Below are positions 12,406 to 26,040 of a stretch of 64,000 bases of DNA, one piece after another; within the stretch, counting starts at the first letter, position 1; every line of letters starts with the position of its first letter. This DNA comes from Catajapyx aquilonaris (Eukaryota). The DNA lies in the NCBI GenBank assembly GCA_000934665.2, contig KZ538052.1, positions 62,001 to 126,000 on the forward strand, written 5' to 3'. The notes beneath the pieces were generated by a model. It was given only the letters and a program-made list of their open reading frames with translations, had not been told where the DNA came from and did not search any database. The translations under genes were made by a program, and so were the position numbers.

Positions 12406-13678
12406 TCCAGAGCATGAAAAATGGTTTCAAGTCATTCTTTGAGTTCAAAGCGTTGAATTGCATTGAAATACGAGGGTGGACAACAACCCTGCTGCGAGTA
12501 CAGGTTCAGCCATGAGTTTCTCAGTATCCCACAGCTTTATGAATGACGTTCGCACGTCGTACATCAGTAAATTCAATTAAACCACTCCTCTAGAGACTTC
12601 AAGGGTGAAATACGGCCCATTGTTGGCAGATAGTCCCCAACCAATTCCTTACAAATAATTTGCGACGAGTCCAGAGCGGCTTCCATGATCGCGAAGCCAC
12701 GGAAGTGGAACGGTCCAAGAGACCAATTATATAGATATCATCCGCCGCCTCATCTTGGCAACTCACATAAGCCGGTACTGCTGTATACTGTCACAGTCAA
12801 CTGTACAATATTCAGAAGCAAACAGTGTTGGTGAACCCGATATAAGCTACACAGAAAGTTTGCTGACAGTGCCCACAGTGCTGCATTGTCTAGCTGTCCT
12901 CCCTGAAAGTCCATGTGAGGAACCTGTTCAATTTGAGTTAAATAAATTAATATTTGAATGTCTATTTTGAATTCATCTAACAGTCAAGAGATCATTCAGG
13001 ATCCAGTGTCCAACAATGATGAACATTGGACATTCATGAGGTCGAATGGACATTCAGGTCATATGCACATATGCACCCAACCAGAGTTAGGTGCAGCATG
13101 CAGGATGCTGTTGCCATAAGCTACCAGAGTTGGAATAATTCCAAAAAGAGGAGGTGAGACGAAATCAATAGAGAGAGGGTTGGGGGGGGAGGGGGTTGGT
13201 GCAAAAAAACAGCAAGCGGAAGGACAATGGTAAAAGCCTTCCATGGCACACAGTCTTGGTCGCCGACAGCACAAAGTAATTCCCTTTCTCGCTCCAGCAG
13301 TAACAAGACTCGCCTGTAATTCCTATTATTTCTGAAAAGTGGAGCCTTCAATCTGGCGGTTTTTGATTCATGCATGGCACGCCACACCAGAGGGCAGCAC
13401 TCTTGTGGCAGCCATCCCACGTCTCCAGGCTACTCATATTTTTGAAAAGCACATAGCTAATAAACAAGGCTATATTTGCGGCTTTGTGCCATCCACATGA
13501 ATGTTTACAGCAGCTGATCCTGACAGTTTGCTTTCAGAGACAGCATAATACTGCACGTGTATTTACAGTGGCTAGCACGGCTATCCCCTGAGTGACGTGC
13601 TGACTCATATTGCCAAATAGTGGGAATAGTACAGTTCGGTCGTTATTATGTAAGTGGGGCTGTTATTACTATATGTCA

Positions 13679-14123
13679 TTGTTCGAAACACTTAGGATAA
13701 GAGACCAATTAGGATTTCATATTTCATTTAAACAAATGGGTTGTGTAAGGTACTGTACTGTAGGCGGCTCAGTAAACAGTTTCCTTTGAAGTTACATTAT
13801 TTCAGAAAACTGGAATTGATTTGATTTGGAGTTTGCAAAGCAGGTTCTGACACGTATCAAGGTCGCGTCCAAAAATAGGAACAAATGCGATGTGGGTTTG
13901 TTCGAAATACTTAGGATAAGAAACCAATTAGGATTTCACTTCATTAAACAAATGGATTGTGTAAGGTACTGTACTGTAGTCTGTTCAGTTAACAGTATCC
14001 TTTGAAGTATGTTATATTATTCCTAAAAACTGGAATTGACTTGATTTGAAGTTTCTCAAGTAGGTCCTGGCACACGTCAAGGTCGCGGTTGGCCCCTCCT
14101 AAAAAGTAAACAATGTAGACGTG
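13679..14123. repeat. Tandem duplication of a ~220-bp segment
   Basis: 13679-13893 and 13898-14123 both start TTGTTCGAAA.ACTTAGGATAAGA.ACCAATTAGGATTTCA and stay colinear through TCAAGGTCGCG, with scattered differences. Confidence 0.9.
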
Positions 14124-16808
14124 TCTTGTCATCCGGATAGTAAGTGGAGTCGAAAAAGCCGCTTCTTTCATAATAATGCTAATAGGGCTTTATTGATCCA
14201 AACTAAGGATATAATGTCTCTTCGTCTTTTCAGAAATCTTATATAGCATAGAATGCTAGTTCTATAAAATGATTTCGAATTTCTTACACTATGTTGATTG
14301 GGTTCGTTAACGAAGTCGCACAGATTCGTCGAAAATGGATACAATTACTTTCTGCTTACTTGTTATAGCAATTTTTGCTTTCCAGGAAACTCGGATCATT
14401 TACTAACCAGAGAAGAAAATTACGCAAGTTCTGAATTTGCTTATACCGGACAATTTTGCTAGCAAACAGGAGACCCAGAAACCTGCTTTGTGTTTCTTGT
14501 GTGTTTACCTACCGAAATAATAACAGCAACTTTATGCTCCACTTGTTTTGGTCAAAGAGTCCTTTCATACTGTATGCCTAATGTCAAATATGGGTATGGA
14601 TACTGTGCGTACAGTATGAAAACGAAAATGTTAATTGCTATGGAGATAGTACTTCTAGTTGTACCCTTTTGTACATACTGCATTCAGCAATTTACAGTAG
14701 CCATTGATTGTTTTGGCACTATTTAATGTCTCGCAATTTTCTTCGACCTGAACATATATTCCCCTTAAATACGTCGTAGTCCCGTCCTCTGAACCAGTAA
14801 AAGTCGTTATAACGCCTCTAGCCACCAGCATGAGCAGTGCTTACAACAGGACCCGACATGAGTGCCTCTGCGCTCTGTTCCCGACGCTCCTTCCGACGCT
14901 TAGCGCCGCAGTGGCAGGCGCCTCAACTCCGCCAACCAACCGCCCTTTCGGCCAACGTGTTTTTCAAAGGAAGAGTTTAAATAAACAGTCCTGAATTGGG
15001 CCCGGGAGAGGGTTTTTTCTACCAGGATGGTCCTAGGAGGATGCATAAAGAGATGGGGTGGGGATAGGTGGGGTAGCCTTTATGGGAGGATGTGAGTACC
15101 GCTTAGGTTCTCTTTTCCAATAGTTTCTTGTAGTTTAACAGGTATGAAACGATGTAAATATGCAAATGGGCGGTTACAAAAAATTCCATTGTTGCAGAAG
15201 ATATGAGTTTTTCATATAACTTGTATATAGGTTACGAGTTAAATGGTCTGATATAAAATCCTACTTAATATTTCATATACTTTTTGATGTAACATAACGT
15301 AGCTAGATAATGCATCGTGTAAATCACTACTAATGGTTTGTAATGCCCTCAGAAATGCACTTGTTCCTTGTTTTTCAAAGAAATACTGAGGCATTTCATC
15401 ACAAAAAAAATATATTCTGGCCATAAGTCATCCTCAAAGGCTATTTAAGTCACTGTACACCATAAATGCACTTATTACACCAGAAATGTGACTCTCACAA
15501 ACTTCATATCACAAGCATTGGATTCGTAATAATCATTTGATCCACATGTCATATCCATATAAATGCGTGCATTTTGGTTCCCACCTTACTATGGCACCCC
15601 ACGAGTTGAGAGAGAGTTTAGAAGAAAATAAAGGCTCTTCTTTCAGAGTGAAGTATCGACAAAGCCAGAGGCGTGAGGAAGAAAGTGAGAAGAGAGAAGA
15701 AGGATTTAGAGGGTGCGAAGACCTCATCCAGCCCCCCTTTTTCTAGAAAAGAATAGAAGGGGAAAAAAACTGCTCCGTTTCATTCGATTTGGCGTGAGTT
15801 CCATCGTACCCATACCAAATTCGGGCCCATTTCACCCGCCTCCACGCTTCACTTGAACTTTTTTTCAAGGAATAGGCTGCTAAAACCTAGGCAATATTCT
15901 CAAGTTCTGCACCGTCAGACCTGTCAATACAGACCTAAGACATTGTTAGCCTCTAGCAAACCAGTAGAAAATGTAGATAATGTAGGCTCATCATCCTGAA
16001 CAATTAACATGATCTGAGCCTAGTATTGTTTCCAGGAGCTATGTTTAATTCATGCCAAAAGTGCATGTCCTTAACCAAAAGACAGACGCTTTGAGGTACA
16101 CTCTTGCATGTTTAATCTGCGTCAAGACTTCGGGGCCACTTTGCCGCATGACTTCCACGTTTCAATTTTTCATACGATGAAGTCAGAAGATTTGCAAATA
16201 AACCCTACAGGGGTTTTGTACCCCCCAACCCCCCAAAAAAGTGTGTTTGATAATGTAAAATCAACGGAGGCTCTGCATTTCGTGATGCTAAAATATTTGC
16301 TCGTTTCATCCCTAAAGATCAGAGGCTGATTAGCCTTTCATGGCAAAAGTCTGGTCTCTATGATCTACCTTTATGCATGCTTCATCAAGGGGAGGTGGAG
16401 GTAATTTTGGTGAACTTTTGGCAACTTTGATGCTGGTCAATGGAAGGGGGTTTTTTGTCAGTTTTAGGAGGGGGGTAAACAATTCTTCTCACGTTCAGAT
16501 TGCACGATTTGAATTACACAACTTTTTTGAGGGAAGTATGTCATGCTGGTAGGGAGAGCTGATGGACAGTGTGACAGACCGTGATATGGGGGTAGGGGTA
16601 GTTTCATTTAATCACAAATCAGGCTTTAAGTTTAAGTTAATTAAATTGCATCATTGTCTGATAAATGTTTCTGGTTGCTTACCAAAAAATTAGGAACAAA
16701 TTAATAATGAAATGATATTACAATGTAATAAATTTATTTATAAAGTTGTAACTTTGCTTAAATGTTATATATCATCCACATTGTTCTTATTATGCTATTA
16801 TTTTGTTA

Positions 16809-17137
16809 CTAGCTGCTGCACCCGGCGTTGCCAGGGAAGAAATGAATGAAGGGAAAACACCTGCCAATACCCCCGTCAACTGTCTGTCTTTCTGTGTGTC
16901 CGCCCACCAATGCCATCTGTGGTCCTGCTACTCCAACACCTTGAACCTCTCCCGCCTGTATAACGCCAACCGTCATTTGCCTGCCATCTGTAGTCAACTC
17001 CCAACATCTCCATCCTCTCCCGGCCTGGGGGTGGAGCACAGATGGCAGGCAAATGACGGTTGGCAGGCGGACAGACAGACAGAGAGGCAAACAGAGAGAC
17101 AGACAGACAGACTCACAAAGGGCTTTATTTATATAGA
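16809..17137 (-). mobile_element. Non-autonomous Helitron-type element, copy A
   Basis: On the minus strand it reads A|TCTATATAAATAAA...(GTCT)n...CCCTGGCAACGCCGGG..CTAG|T. This gives a 5'-TC end, a subterminal hairpin, a CTAG-3' end and an A/T insertion site without TSD. Homologous to the ends of 38552-40788. Confidence 0.85.
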
Positions 17138-18144
17138 TAGAGCATTAGTGCATAACTACCTAAATGTTATACAATGTCAATATGTAAAATAATATTATTT
17201 ATAGTAATTTTAGAGGGCAGGTTAGGTCCATGTGGCGGACCGTAACACAGGGGTAGGTACAGTACAAAAACCCTAAACATAACGTACTTTTAACGACCGT
17301 AAGTTGTCCGGACACTAAAAGTACCACGTGCAACACAACATTCCCATTGTAAATGAACGAAAATTAATTAATCCGTGCTAAATCCGATTGCAGTCGCAAT
17401 AACAAATATGCAAATCCCAGGGTAATGCTACCACACTGTCGCATATAATCGCAACGACCAGACTATAAATTAAAACCGCACTTTATGAGGTAAAACTCGG
17501 CACTTCAGTATTTGCGCCCCCCGGAAAAACGCGTTTGATAACTTTGCTTTTTAAGCATGAGTTGGTCATCATCATTGGCCTGCCGCATTGCTCAATTGAA
17601 TTTGATTGACGCCTCTCCAACAATCGATATATCCATCAGCAGCGTTCCAACTTTTTCCTAGATATTTTTCGCCCCCAAGTTCGGCCATTTCTAACTTCAA
17701 TTTAGTATTACTTGGCGCCAATTTTTTGGTGGTCTTAGATCCTGTCATTGATTGATTAAGAGAACCGGACCTCGCTTTCCTGACCCCCAAGGTGCCCTTA
17801 GAAAGATAGCCAAGACGTTCGATTTGGCGGGGATTCTCTCAAGCAAATGGTACATCCCTAGGGAAACCAAAAGGTGGAACGACGAGGAAAGATTTCCCGT
17901 GACCTCACCAGAGGGCTGTGTTGTGGAGATAACTTTAAATTGACAAAACAAGGCGCAGCTGAGCAGCTTTATTCGGTGGGGACCAGGGTCGATAGTTCAC
18001 ATAGAAATGGCCCTGAAGCCATGCGGATTCTACTTTGGAATCTGACTTCATATGTTAAAAGTAGCATTTGCACTTTGTTAATTATTTACTATCTCTGTGC
18101 ACAAAGTAGTTGTGACTAAATGCATAAAATTCAGATTGTGCGTA

Positions 18145-18399
18145 TTCAATACGTTAAAGGGTTTGATTCAAGGATTCAATGCGTTAAAGGGTTTGATTCA
18201 AGGATTCAATGCGTTAAAGGGTTTGATTCAAGGATTCAATGTGTTAAAGGGTTTGATTCAATGATTCAATGCGTTAAAGGGTTTGATTCAAGGATTCAAT
18301 GCGTTAAAGGGTTTGATTCAATGATTCACTGCGTTAAAGGGTTTGATTCAAGGATTCAATGCGTTAAAGGGTTTGATTCAAGCCTTCAAGACCTTGAAC
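18145..18399. repeat. 30-bp minisatellite (8 copies) with defined start and end sequences
   Basis: Unit GCGTTAAAGGGTTTGATTCAAGGATTCAAT; the array starts TTCAATACGTT and ends AAGCCTTCAAGACCTTGAAC. Confidence 0.95.
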
Positions 18400-19189
18400 A
18401 AGCAACCAAGATATGAATGTCATATATAAACTTATCCACCTGTACAAATGTTAGATGGTTAGTTACTGTGCTAGTTCTTCTCATTTGTTCATTAAAAATA
18501 GTTACAAATTCAACAAAAAAATTACTCTGGGTTAGAGACACAAATATTCTCATATCTGATATCATCTGACCAAGTGTCATCAGTCGCCCAAACATTTCAT
18601 TAATTGCGCATACCTTCAACATGTCTTCCTGGCTGGCAAATGCCTTCTCGGACCCCCAAATTGCTTCCTAGGGAACGCAAAGACCCTTCATTGAGCATCC
18701 CCTCCGCGCACATAAACCAACGCTCAAGATGTCGTAAAACGGACGTTTGGCACTGGCCGTGATGGCCAAACGTCCTCCGACGACATTCTGCCAGCGATCC
18801 ACTGCTACGGTTTCATGGGAGCGACTCCCCTTGCAACATTACACGAGCTAAAAAGAGTGAATATCAAGCAGGGGGGGTACAACTGCCCTACGATTTTGAC
18901 TCTTTGTCACAAAACACTAGGCTGGAAGTGGTCCAACAACAATCGATCATGAGGATGGAGACGAAGGAGGCAATTTCAGTAATAAAATAATTCGGGAAGG
19001 AATCCTTCCATAAAAGTGGCCATCACTCAACTTTTATGGGGGGCAATGGGACGCATTACTAGGGTGGGGACAGGGGTCATTGAACCAAAAATCAAGAAGA
19101 CTGTCTGTCACAAATCCTAAGAAAGGTTGAGTCAATCAGTGGACCTAGCAACTGAAAATATCTGAAGAATATGTCGAATATCGGATTTT

Positions 19190-19415
19190 TAATAATTTCG
19201 ATCATTTTCGATATCTGTATGATAATCTTCAATACGTTAAAGGGTGTGATTCAAGGATTCAATGCGTTAAAGGGTTTGATTCAATGATCCAATGCGTTAA
19301 ATGGTTTGATTCAAGCCGTCAAGACCTTGAACGATAATCTTCGATATCTGTACGATAATCTTCGATATCTGTACGATAATCTTCGATATTTGTACGATAT
19401 TTTGATAACTTTTGA
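19190..19415. repeat. 21-bp minisatellite containing a 3-copy version of the 30-bp array (19228-19332)
   Basis: GATAATCTTCGATATCTGTAC units flank TTCAATACGTTAAAGGG...AAGCCGTCAAGACCTTGAAC. Confidence 0.9.
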
Positions 19416-22034
19416 TACTTTTCAGAGCAGTTTCATCAGTAGGAACTTCGCATCGGTTGTAATCAGTGGTATTGCCAGTCCTACTCTCTAATCGTGTACC
19501 CGCAGACGATTGAATCCGTCCGGAACGATCCGTTAATTGCCAGCACATCGTGGTTCTCAACAATTACCATGTAGCAACCGCCAAGATGATTGCGAATCCG
19601 CGTCATGCCCCATACCTTTGCGGGGTTTCACCCCGCAGGCTGAAACCTAATGAAATGAGACCAAACCGAGGAGATACGAATACCTAATCATTCCACGACC
19701 TTCTTTCCGCCGACTGCCTCTGCAGTGGCAGCAGAAAAAGAAGATTAGGATCCCCCACCGATGTCAACCCCCGTAGTACCGGTCCCTGAGTAACGAGATT
19801 TTCGGAGGGATTCACCAAGCAGGTTTTCATCAAAACTCATTGCTGGGTATGTAGCCGAGGCTCTGAGGGAATTACCTACAGAGAAGTATGCAAAATCTGA
19901 TGGAAATGACATCAACGCTCACTTTGCAAGCTGATGCCATTTTTGAACATGCTGGTGCAGATGTGGCGCTTAATGCTAAATGTTGCGCGTTACGTCTTTA
20001 AAGAGAACCTTCCATTTAAAGTGTATGTGGCCGAACAAACCCAAGCAGTGATGCAATATCAACACAATTTTTTTCTAACAATTCTAGTCGATACTACCTA
20101 CCACTACAAGGCTCGAATAATATTAATAACCCTAAAACTAGTGTAGTGAATAGTGTGCTAATTTGTCACTCCTTTGATAGGGGCAACATAAAAGCTCATG
20201 AAACGCATCATGAATGCGTCATTAAACCTTATCGTCCCAAGATGCTTTTGCCCAACCGCTTGTGAACCGGTGCGATAACGACTTTTTTTTTGGTTTCTAC
20301 GTCCTATTTTATTCACCTCCAGCCCCGGTGTTATGATAGCCGCCTGTTGGATTAGGCTGCACAATGGCCCCTCCAGCTCCCTAATGGGGAATAACCGAGA
20401 GAGGGGTTCAAATAACAGATTGGGGAAACGCGGATAACCAAAGCTACTTGGACATATTTGGATTAACAGATTATGTACTATCAAGAAAAGGTCAATGACC
20501 ATTTGGGTCACTTTTCATCCTTGAATGATGCAACCCAGTAGCACACTTGACACATTCAAATACGCTGCATCACCCAATCGTGTCAGTTGCCACACAGTTA
20601 ATAATTCCATATTTATCAGCTGGTGCAGAATTCCTTGCAATACACCTCCTGGCTTCCAAATCCTCCACTTGTCGGAAGACAACAGGACGGAATTATCTAC
20701 TGCGATTCTGTTGTACCCATCCCAGCTTTCATTGTACCTTCTCCCCAAAATCCAGGCGTACTAATTTGCGAGCCCTTCCCACCATTGTTCGTCGTAATTA
20801 CCCCTAGGGCTGGCTTTCCCTTAGCTAAAATGGGGGATGCGCTCCCTTAGAAACCTAAACTTCCTCGGGCCCAAGTTTGCGAAACAAGGTTGAAACGGGT
20901 CCCTCCAGGGTATGAATTCGTGCTATGGAATTTTCCGTATTTTTTAGACGCGACTATTTCGGTTCTCGTTGACTGTAACCAAGTCACTCGAAACTTATGC
21001 AATAATTAATTTAATTATTTGCATTAATATATATTTAAGTTTTATTTATATTTACGAATTAATTTAATTGATATGCGGTAAATTTTTAATTTAATCAAAT
21101 TCGGTCGTAATCAAGTCCGTGAGGACCGCAATTTTGGAGCCTTCAGAAGGTGGTGAAACTAATCAGTGGGAAAATCATTTCGATCTTGAAACAACACTGA
21201 ATAATTACCCCCGGCGTCGCAGGGGATAATGGCTTACTCGCAGGCAATTCCCTGGCAATATTGTTCTTTTTCGCTAGCACTTCACCGTCTGAACTAATTT
21301 AATCAGGGAAAAAAGCAAACTGGAGCACTTCCCTACATGATAATTAATCACATGTTTGTTTTATAATATGGTGATTAAATAATTTTTATTAATAATTACA
21401 GCTCGAAATAATTTGTTAACCTTACAGGTACCGTAGCGTAGATTGCAGTAACCTTCATGCGATCAGTATCAGCCATTTTTATGTAGGCCTAGGGCTATCA
21501 TACATTTAATTTGACTATCATCACGTACCCATTGAGGGCAATATTAACAATGCCTACCGAATTAGCTCAAAGATGCGACTCATCGTTTTGCCATTCCAGG
21601 TCATTCTATGCATTTTCCAGTAAATGAATTGCCTTTATGTTGCTTTTCATTTAAAAATATGCAGCACACTCCAACACTGTACATCAAAATGCACCCGCTT
21701 TGCCATGTTTTGGAACGTGGAGACTTTGAACAGGTCATTACAGTACTTTTGGTTAACAGTGCCACAAAATGATTTAATCCTCTCCATTCTGTTCTTTTTT
21801 TTATCATGCACTGTACGTAATCATTTTCATATTGACCCAATATACTGCATGCCCCAACTGAATTGTTCGTTACAACTAGCGCCATATTCGCACTAATCTG
21901 ATTATCATACCTTTAGAAGGTATTAACTTATAAATTTAGGTGTAATCTTTAAAGCATTCATAGAGGCTCAGTCTGCTGTAAAATGGATGTCAAACAGCGT
22001 GGGTCAAAATGTACTGGCAATGTCTAGATTCATA

Positions 22035-22385
22035 TTGAATTCCATGAGCACAAGTTGATTCGAGGGTTCAAGGGTTTGATCCAAGTACTTGAATATAGTT
22101 AAACATTGAATTCAACAACAACAACAACAACAACAACATCATCATCATCATCACGACATTTCCCTATGAGGGGTAGTCAGCGATGAAGGGAGAAGCAAGC
22201 TAACCCAACATATGAACTAATAAAACTCATGAAACATTGAATTCAATAAGAACAATTTGAGTCAAGGGTTCAAGGGTTTGATTCAAGTACTTGAATATAT
22301 AGTTAAACATTGAATTCAATGAGCACAAGTTTATTCAAGAGTTCAAGGGTTTGATTCAAGTTCGTGAATGATTAAAACCTTGATA
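22035..22385. repeat. ~71-bp tandem repeat (~3 copies) interrupted by a retroposon fragment
   Basis: Unit approximately AAACATTGAATTCAATGAGCACAAGTTGATTCAAGGGTTCAAGGGTTTGATTCAAGTACTTGAATATAGTT. Confidence 0.8.
22116..22231 (-). mobile_element. 5'-truncated non-LTR retroposon (LINE/SINE 3' end) with simple-repeat tail and 15-bp TSD
   Basis: AAACATTGAATTCAA occurs at 22101-22115 and 22232-22246. The insert has (CAA)n(CAT)n at its left end, which is a (GAT)n(TTG)n tail on the minus strand. Removing the insert and one TSD copy restores the 71-bp unit. Confidence 0.7.
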
Positions 22386-23444
22386 TGATACTAAATATGG
22401 TCTAATGGGCAATAAAATCTCTTTGCTCCAAATTTTGGACCCTGGCAGTATTGAACAAAATTTACAGGCTTAATTACGACACACAACTATGCGTTAGGCT
22501 CCCAACAAAACCCGAATTGTTGTAATCCCGTGGCGGACAGGTTCATGTTATGTAAAATCCCTTTGGGCGAATGGCACAATATCTTTCAGGCCATCCGAAG
22601 CGAAATCGATACACACTGATTTGGAAGATCTCCGCGGAGATTGATTACGTCGAATGACACACGCAACGGGACAGACTGCACTTTTCTCTGCTAATCCCAT
22701 AACCCGATTAGCCTTTTGCATAGGAGAACAGTCCCCCCCACTTAATCCGGCCTTAGAGTTACTTAGGACTTGTTCGGGTTCCATTCATACAATAGGGCAT
22801 GGTTAGGCCGAATGTAAAGGGGGGGCGTCCAATTTCCAATAAAAGCTTGGACTTAGAGTTCAATTCGTGTGTTCAATCTACTCAGGGTAGCTCTTATTTC
22901 CAGGACTTTGCCGCCGCCCACATTGGTCCTCTTATTTCCAGTTTCAATTTTGGGTCATTTGTTACGTCCATGAAGGTCATGTAACTTGGGGTCATTCACG
23001 CTGAGTTTTATCATGTCCGTCGCACCAACTGTTTGTCACTGTAAACGTTTCTGTTCCGCCAACTCCACCCAGTGGAATTTAGGTGGCAACGCAGGTGTAA
23101 ATGATAGTATCGAACTAGCAATTAACAAAATTTAATTGACTTTAGCCACAGTTTAATCGATGACTAAGCGTAAATTAAAGCAGTTACTGTAAAGGCCTGA
23201 AGTCGTGGTGTTGATGATCAATGCAATATTTTGAATGCTATCCGTTTATATAAATCGCTCCGGGGGGAGGTGAACGTGCTATAATGACATGCATTACAGA
23301 TTACAGGGAGTGGCAGCTTCATGGGCCTAACGTGACGCGACTTATTTATGGGACGCTGCAAATTCCAGATGCAAATGAAAGACTATAAAAGTGCGATTCT
23401 TGCCTTACATCCAGCGCTTTTTGCCACCTCCGTATACAGATTGC

Positions 23445-23600
23445 ATTATTACCTTCTATACATAAGGTAAAAAGAGGCCCTTTTTACCCTACATTTTATA
23501 AGGTAATACATGGAAAATTTACCTTATAATCAATTTACCCTGTAATAACTTACCCTGTAATATAAGGTAAAAAATGGCCACTTTATTACCCTATATTTCC
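23445..23600. repeat. Cluster of direct and inverted TTACC(C/T)T / TAAGGTAA motifs (probable transposon remnant)
   Basis: ATAAGGTAA occurs 3 times and TTACC(C/T)T 6 times within ~150 bp. Confidence 0.5.
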
Positions 23601-26040
23601 ATTCCGCCCTCACTAACAGATAAAAAGGTGGGGGGGCCTCACTACAGTTAGTAAGGTGGGGGCAACTGACCCCCAAATCCTTATTTTTGCACACTATTTC
23701 AATCACGACTACTGTTCCCAGAACCGTTCAATACTTCCTCCATTTCTATTCATCCTACATGCAAAATGATTATCCTGGACTGCCTTTTCCATTCGAGAAT
23801 TTCCATCCAAAGCGAGGGTAGCAGACTAATACCACGTGAAATACGATCTGGCAAGACCAATTCATTCGTTCCTTCGTCTCCCAGCAGGCATGATTCCAGG
23901 GAGTCTCTACTTGGCTGGATTTACGATGACCAGTCTCCAGGAGCTCATCTCGCGACAAAACAAGAACATGTCACAATTTCGCTTATTTCAGAGGGGCAAC
24001 TGGTAATTATACGGGCTCTTCGTAATGTGGGGGGGAGTGACTTGGGAGGTTTTACACGGTGGAACTCCATCATCATCATCGTGTCCGTTGCTGGGTCATG
24101 TTTTAGCCTAACGTTCAGAACGTGACACGAGTAGGAAATTGCTTCCCGGGAGAGAAACCTCCACAAGAATTTTGGAAGAAATTGCAGAAAATGCTCATAA
24201 GGTTGCAAATGCACAATTAAAAATTTAATTCGCATTATTACATTATATTTGGCAACAAAATAATCTGAAAAATTGTTCACCCTATTCACGTCATTATTTC
24301 CTAGATATATTATCTAGCACGTACAGGTTTTAACATTTGCATTAAGGAACAGCTACATCTCCCAAGTTGTGCTAAAAATATTCATCGCGAATCCAGCATT
24401 TTGAGAGTCCCCAAACAAGCAGAATGCACCAACAAGCATTGGCGTGAAATATGCAAAAGGTGTTGCATGTTTAAACAGGTAAAGTGCCGGGCTACTCTGC
24501 CTTCAGCCTGCTTCAGCCACTCGAATGTACCTCCCGTTGTTTTATACCTGGGACTTTTTGGGATGTTCCAAAAGTGAAGGTTGGCTTAAATTAACAATGC
24601 AGTGTCCTAATATTGGTTTCACGACCTTCTCTCCTTGAATTCAGCAGTGGCTTAAGCGGGAGTTAAACAAGCTGTAATGCTAGTGGCAAACGGTCCTGAC
24701 CTATGTAAACGTCATGTGTCAGAGATTAGACCTACCTCAATCCAACCCTGGCCTAATTTTCTCCCTGACTCTCGCATGTCCCCAATTATACATCTGTCCA
24801 TCAAGCTCCACCCGATGTAATTGTGTCGTAGATTGAGGCATAATTATGTGTACTACTCGCGAACTTTACATTCGTAGAATAAAAATGAAAAGACAGAATA
24901 GAATCACATCACGTATACTACACACTGTGTGAATTCCATCTCGATCAGAAATGGAAAGATCAATTCTCAACGTAAAAATACGTGAAGCCTTGGAAGGGCG
25001 TTCACTTTGATTTCGTACACTATACCAATATTGCAGAGGAAGTATGGGCGGAAGTTCCACAAGGGCCAATCACAAGTCGAGTGTCAAGTTTCACCATTTT
25101 TTGATTGGTTCTCGTAGGACTTCAGAACCATCTGCTGAAATATAGGACAGGTTGTACAGCAGGCTCCAATTTTTGAGCAAAGCAGCTATTATTGAACAGC
25201 TAATTGTAACACACTGAATCATACATTTTCAGAGAAATTATATTAAGAATGAGGAATCTCATGCCAATAAAGTGAGACCCTTCAGCTGGGCAGTAATTAA
25301 ATTCTAAAAAGCAATGAGCTTCAGTAATCATATGAATATAATCTATCCCCTTCAGCACTTGGATGAAAATCCGCCATTCTTGCACGCCACAGATCCGGAT
25401 CAATACAAACGTAAGTACTGGCTTCTTATAGCTCAGTGACAGTTCGACCCAGCCCAAGAGATAACATCACTACTCCTCCATTCTTTTCAGCCCACTCCAA
25501 TTGCCCTCCTAACCGCCCTCAAACTTCTTCCATCACTATACACTCAAATGACAGCCTTTCTTCTGTCCAACATGAGATTATCATCTCAATAACATCTTAG
25601 AGCTGTAGTCAAAATTCTATGTTTTGGGTTTGTCTTAATTCAATACGATTATTTTAAAATCTTCGATGGACATACGTTCTACATATTGCAAAGTGAGTCT
25701 CATGCACAATATATCATTGGTCTATTTTCATTTAGCGCGGATCAATTATTCACTCAGCTCTCATACGTTGCGGCTACCTTGACAGACATCCGAATTCCTG
25801 TCCTAGACAACAGGTATTGTGAATTTATATCAGTAGGCCTAACTTGGGAAATCTACTATTTCGCCCTGCAGTACAATTTGCCACCTTCCCTGCTATTACT
25901 GGAACAGAAATCGCCTCAATTTTTTAAAGTGTATTCTATAATACTGAAGCATCAAAATGTCTCGTCAACTTTCTATTTTATTAACAATAAAAAATTAATT
26001 ACATTCCAAGAGATGGCCATACAAACCTCAGCACTATAAT

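Noticed and set aside
18120..18416. Repeat-protein ORF (IQCVKGFDSR)n or CRISPR array
   Set aside because: Units are contiguous with no unique spacers and no cas genes are present; the open frame follows from a 30-bp period without stops. The same applies to ORFs at 12104, 19297, 55360-55792 and the poly-Ile ORF at 2847.
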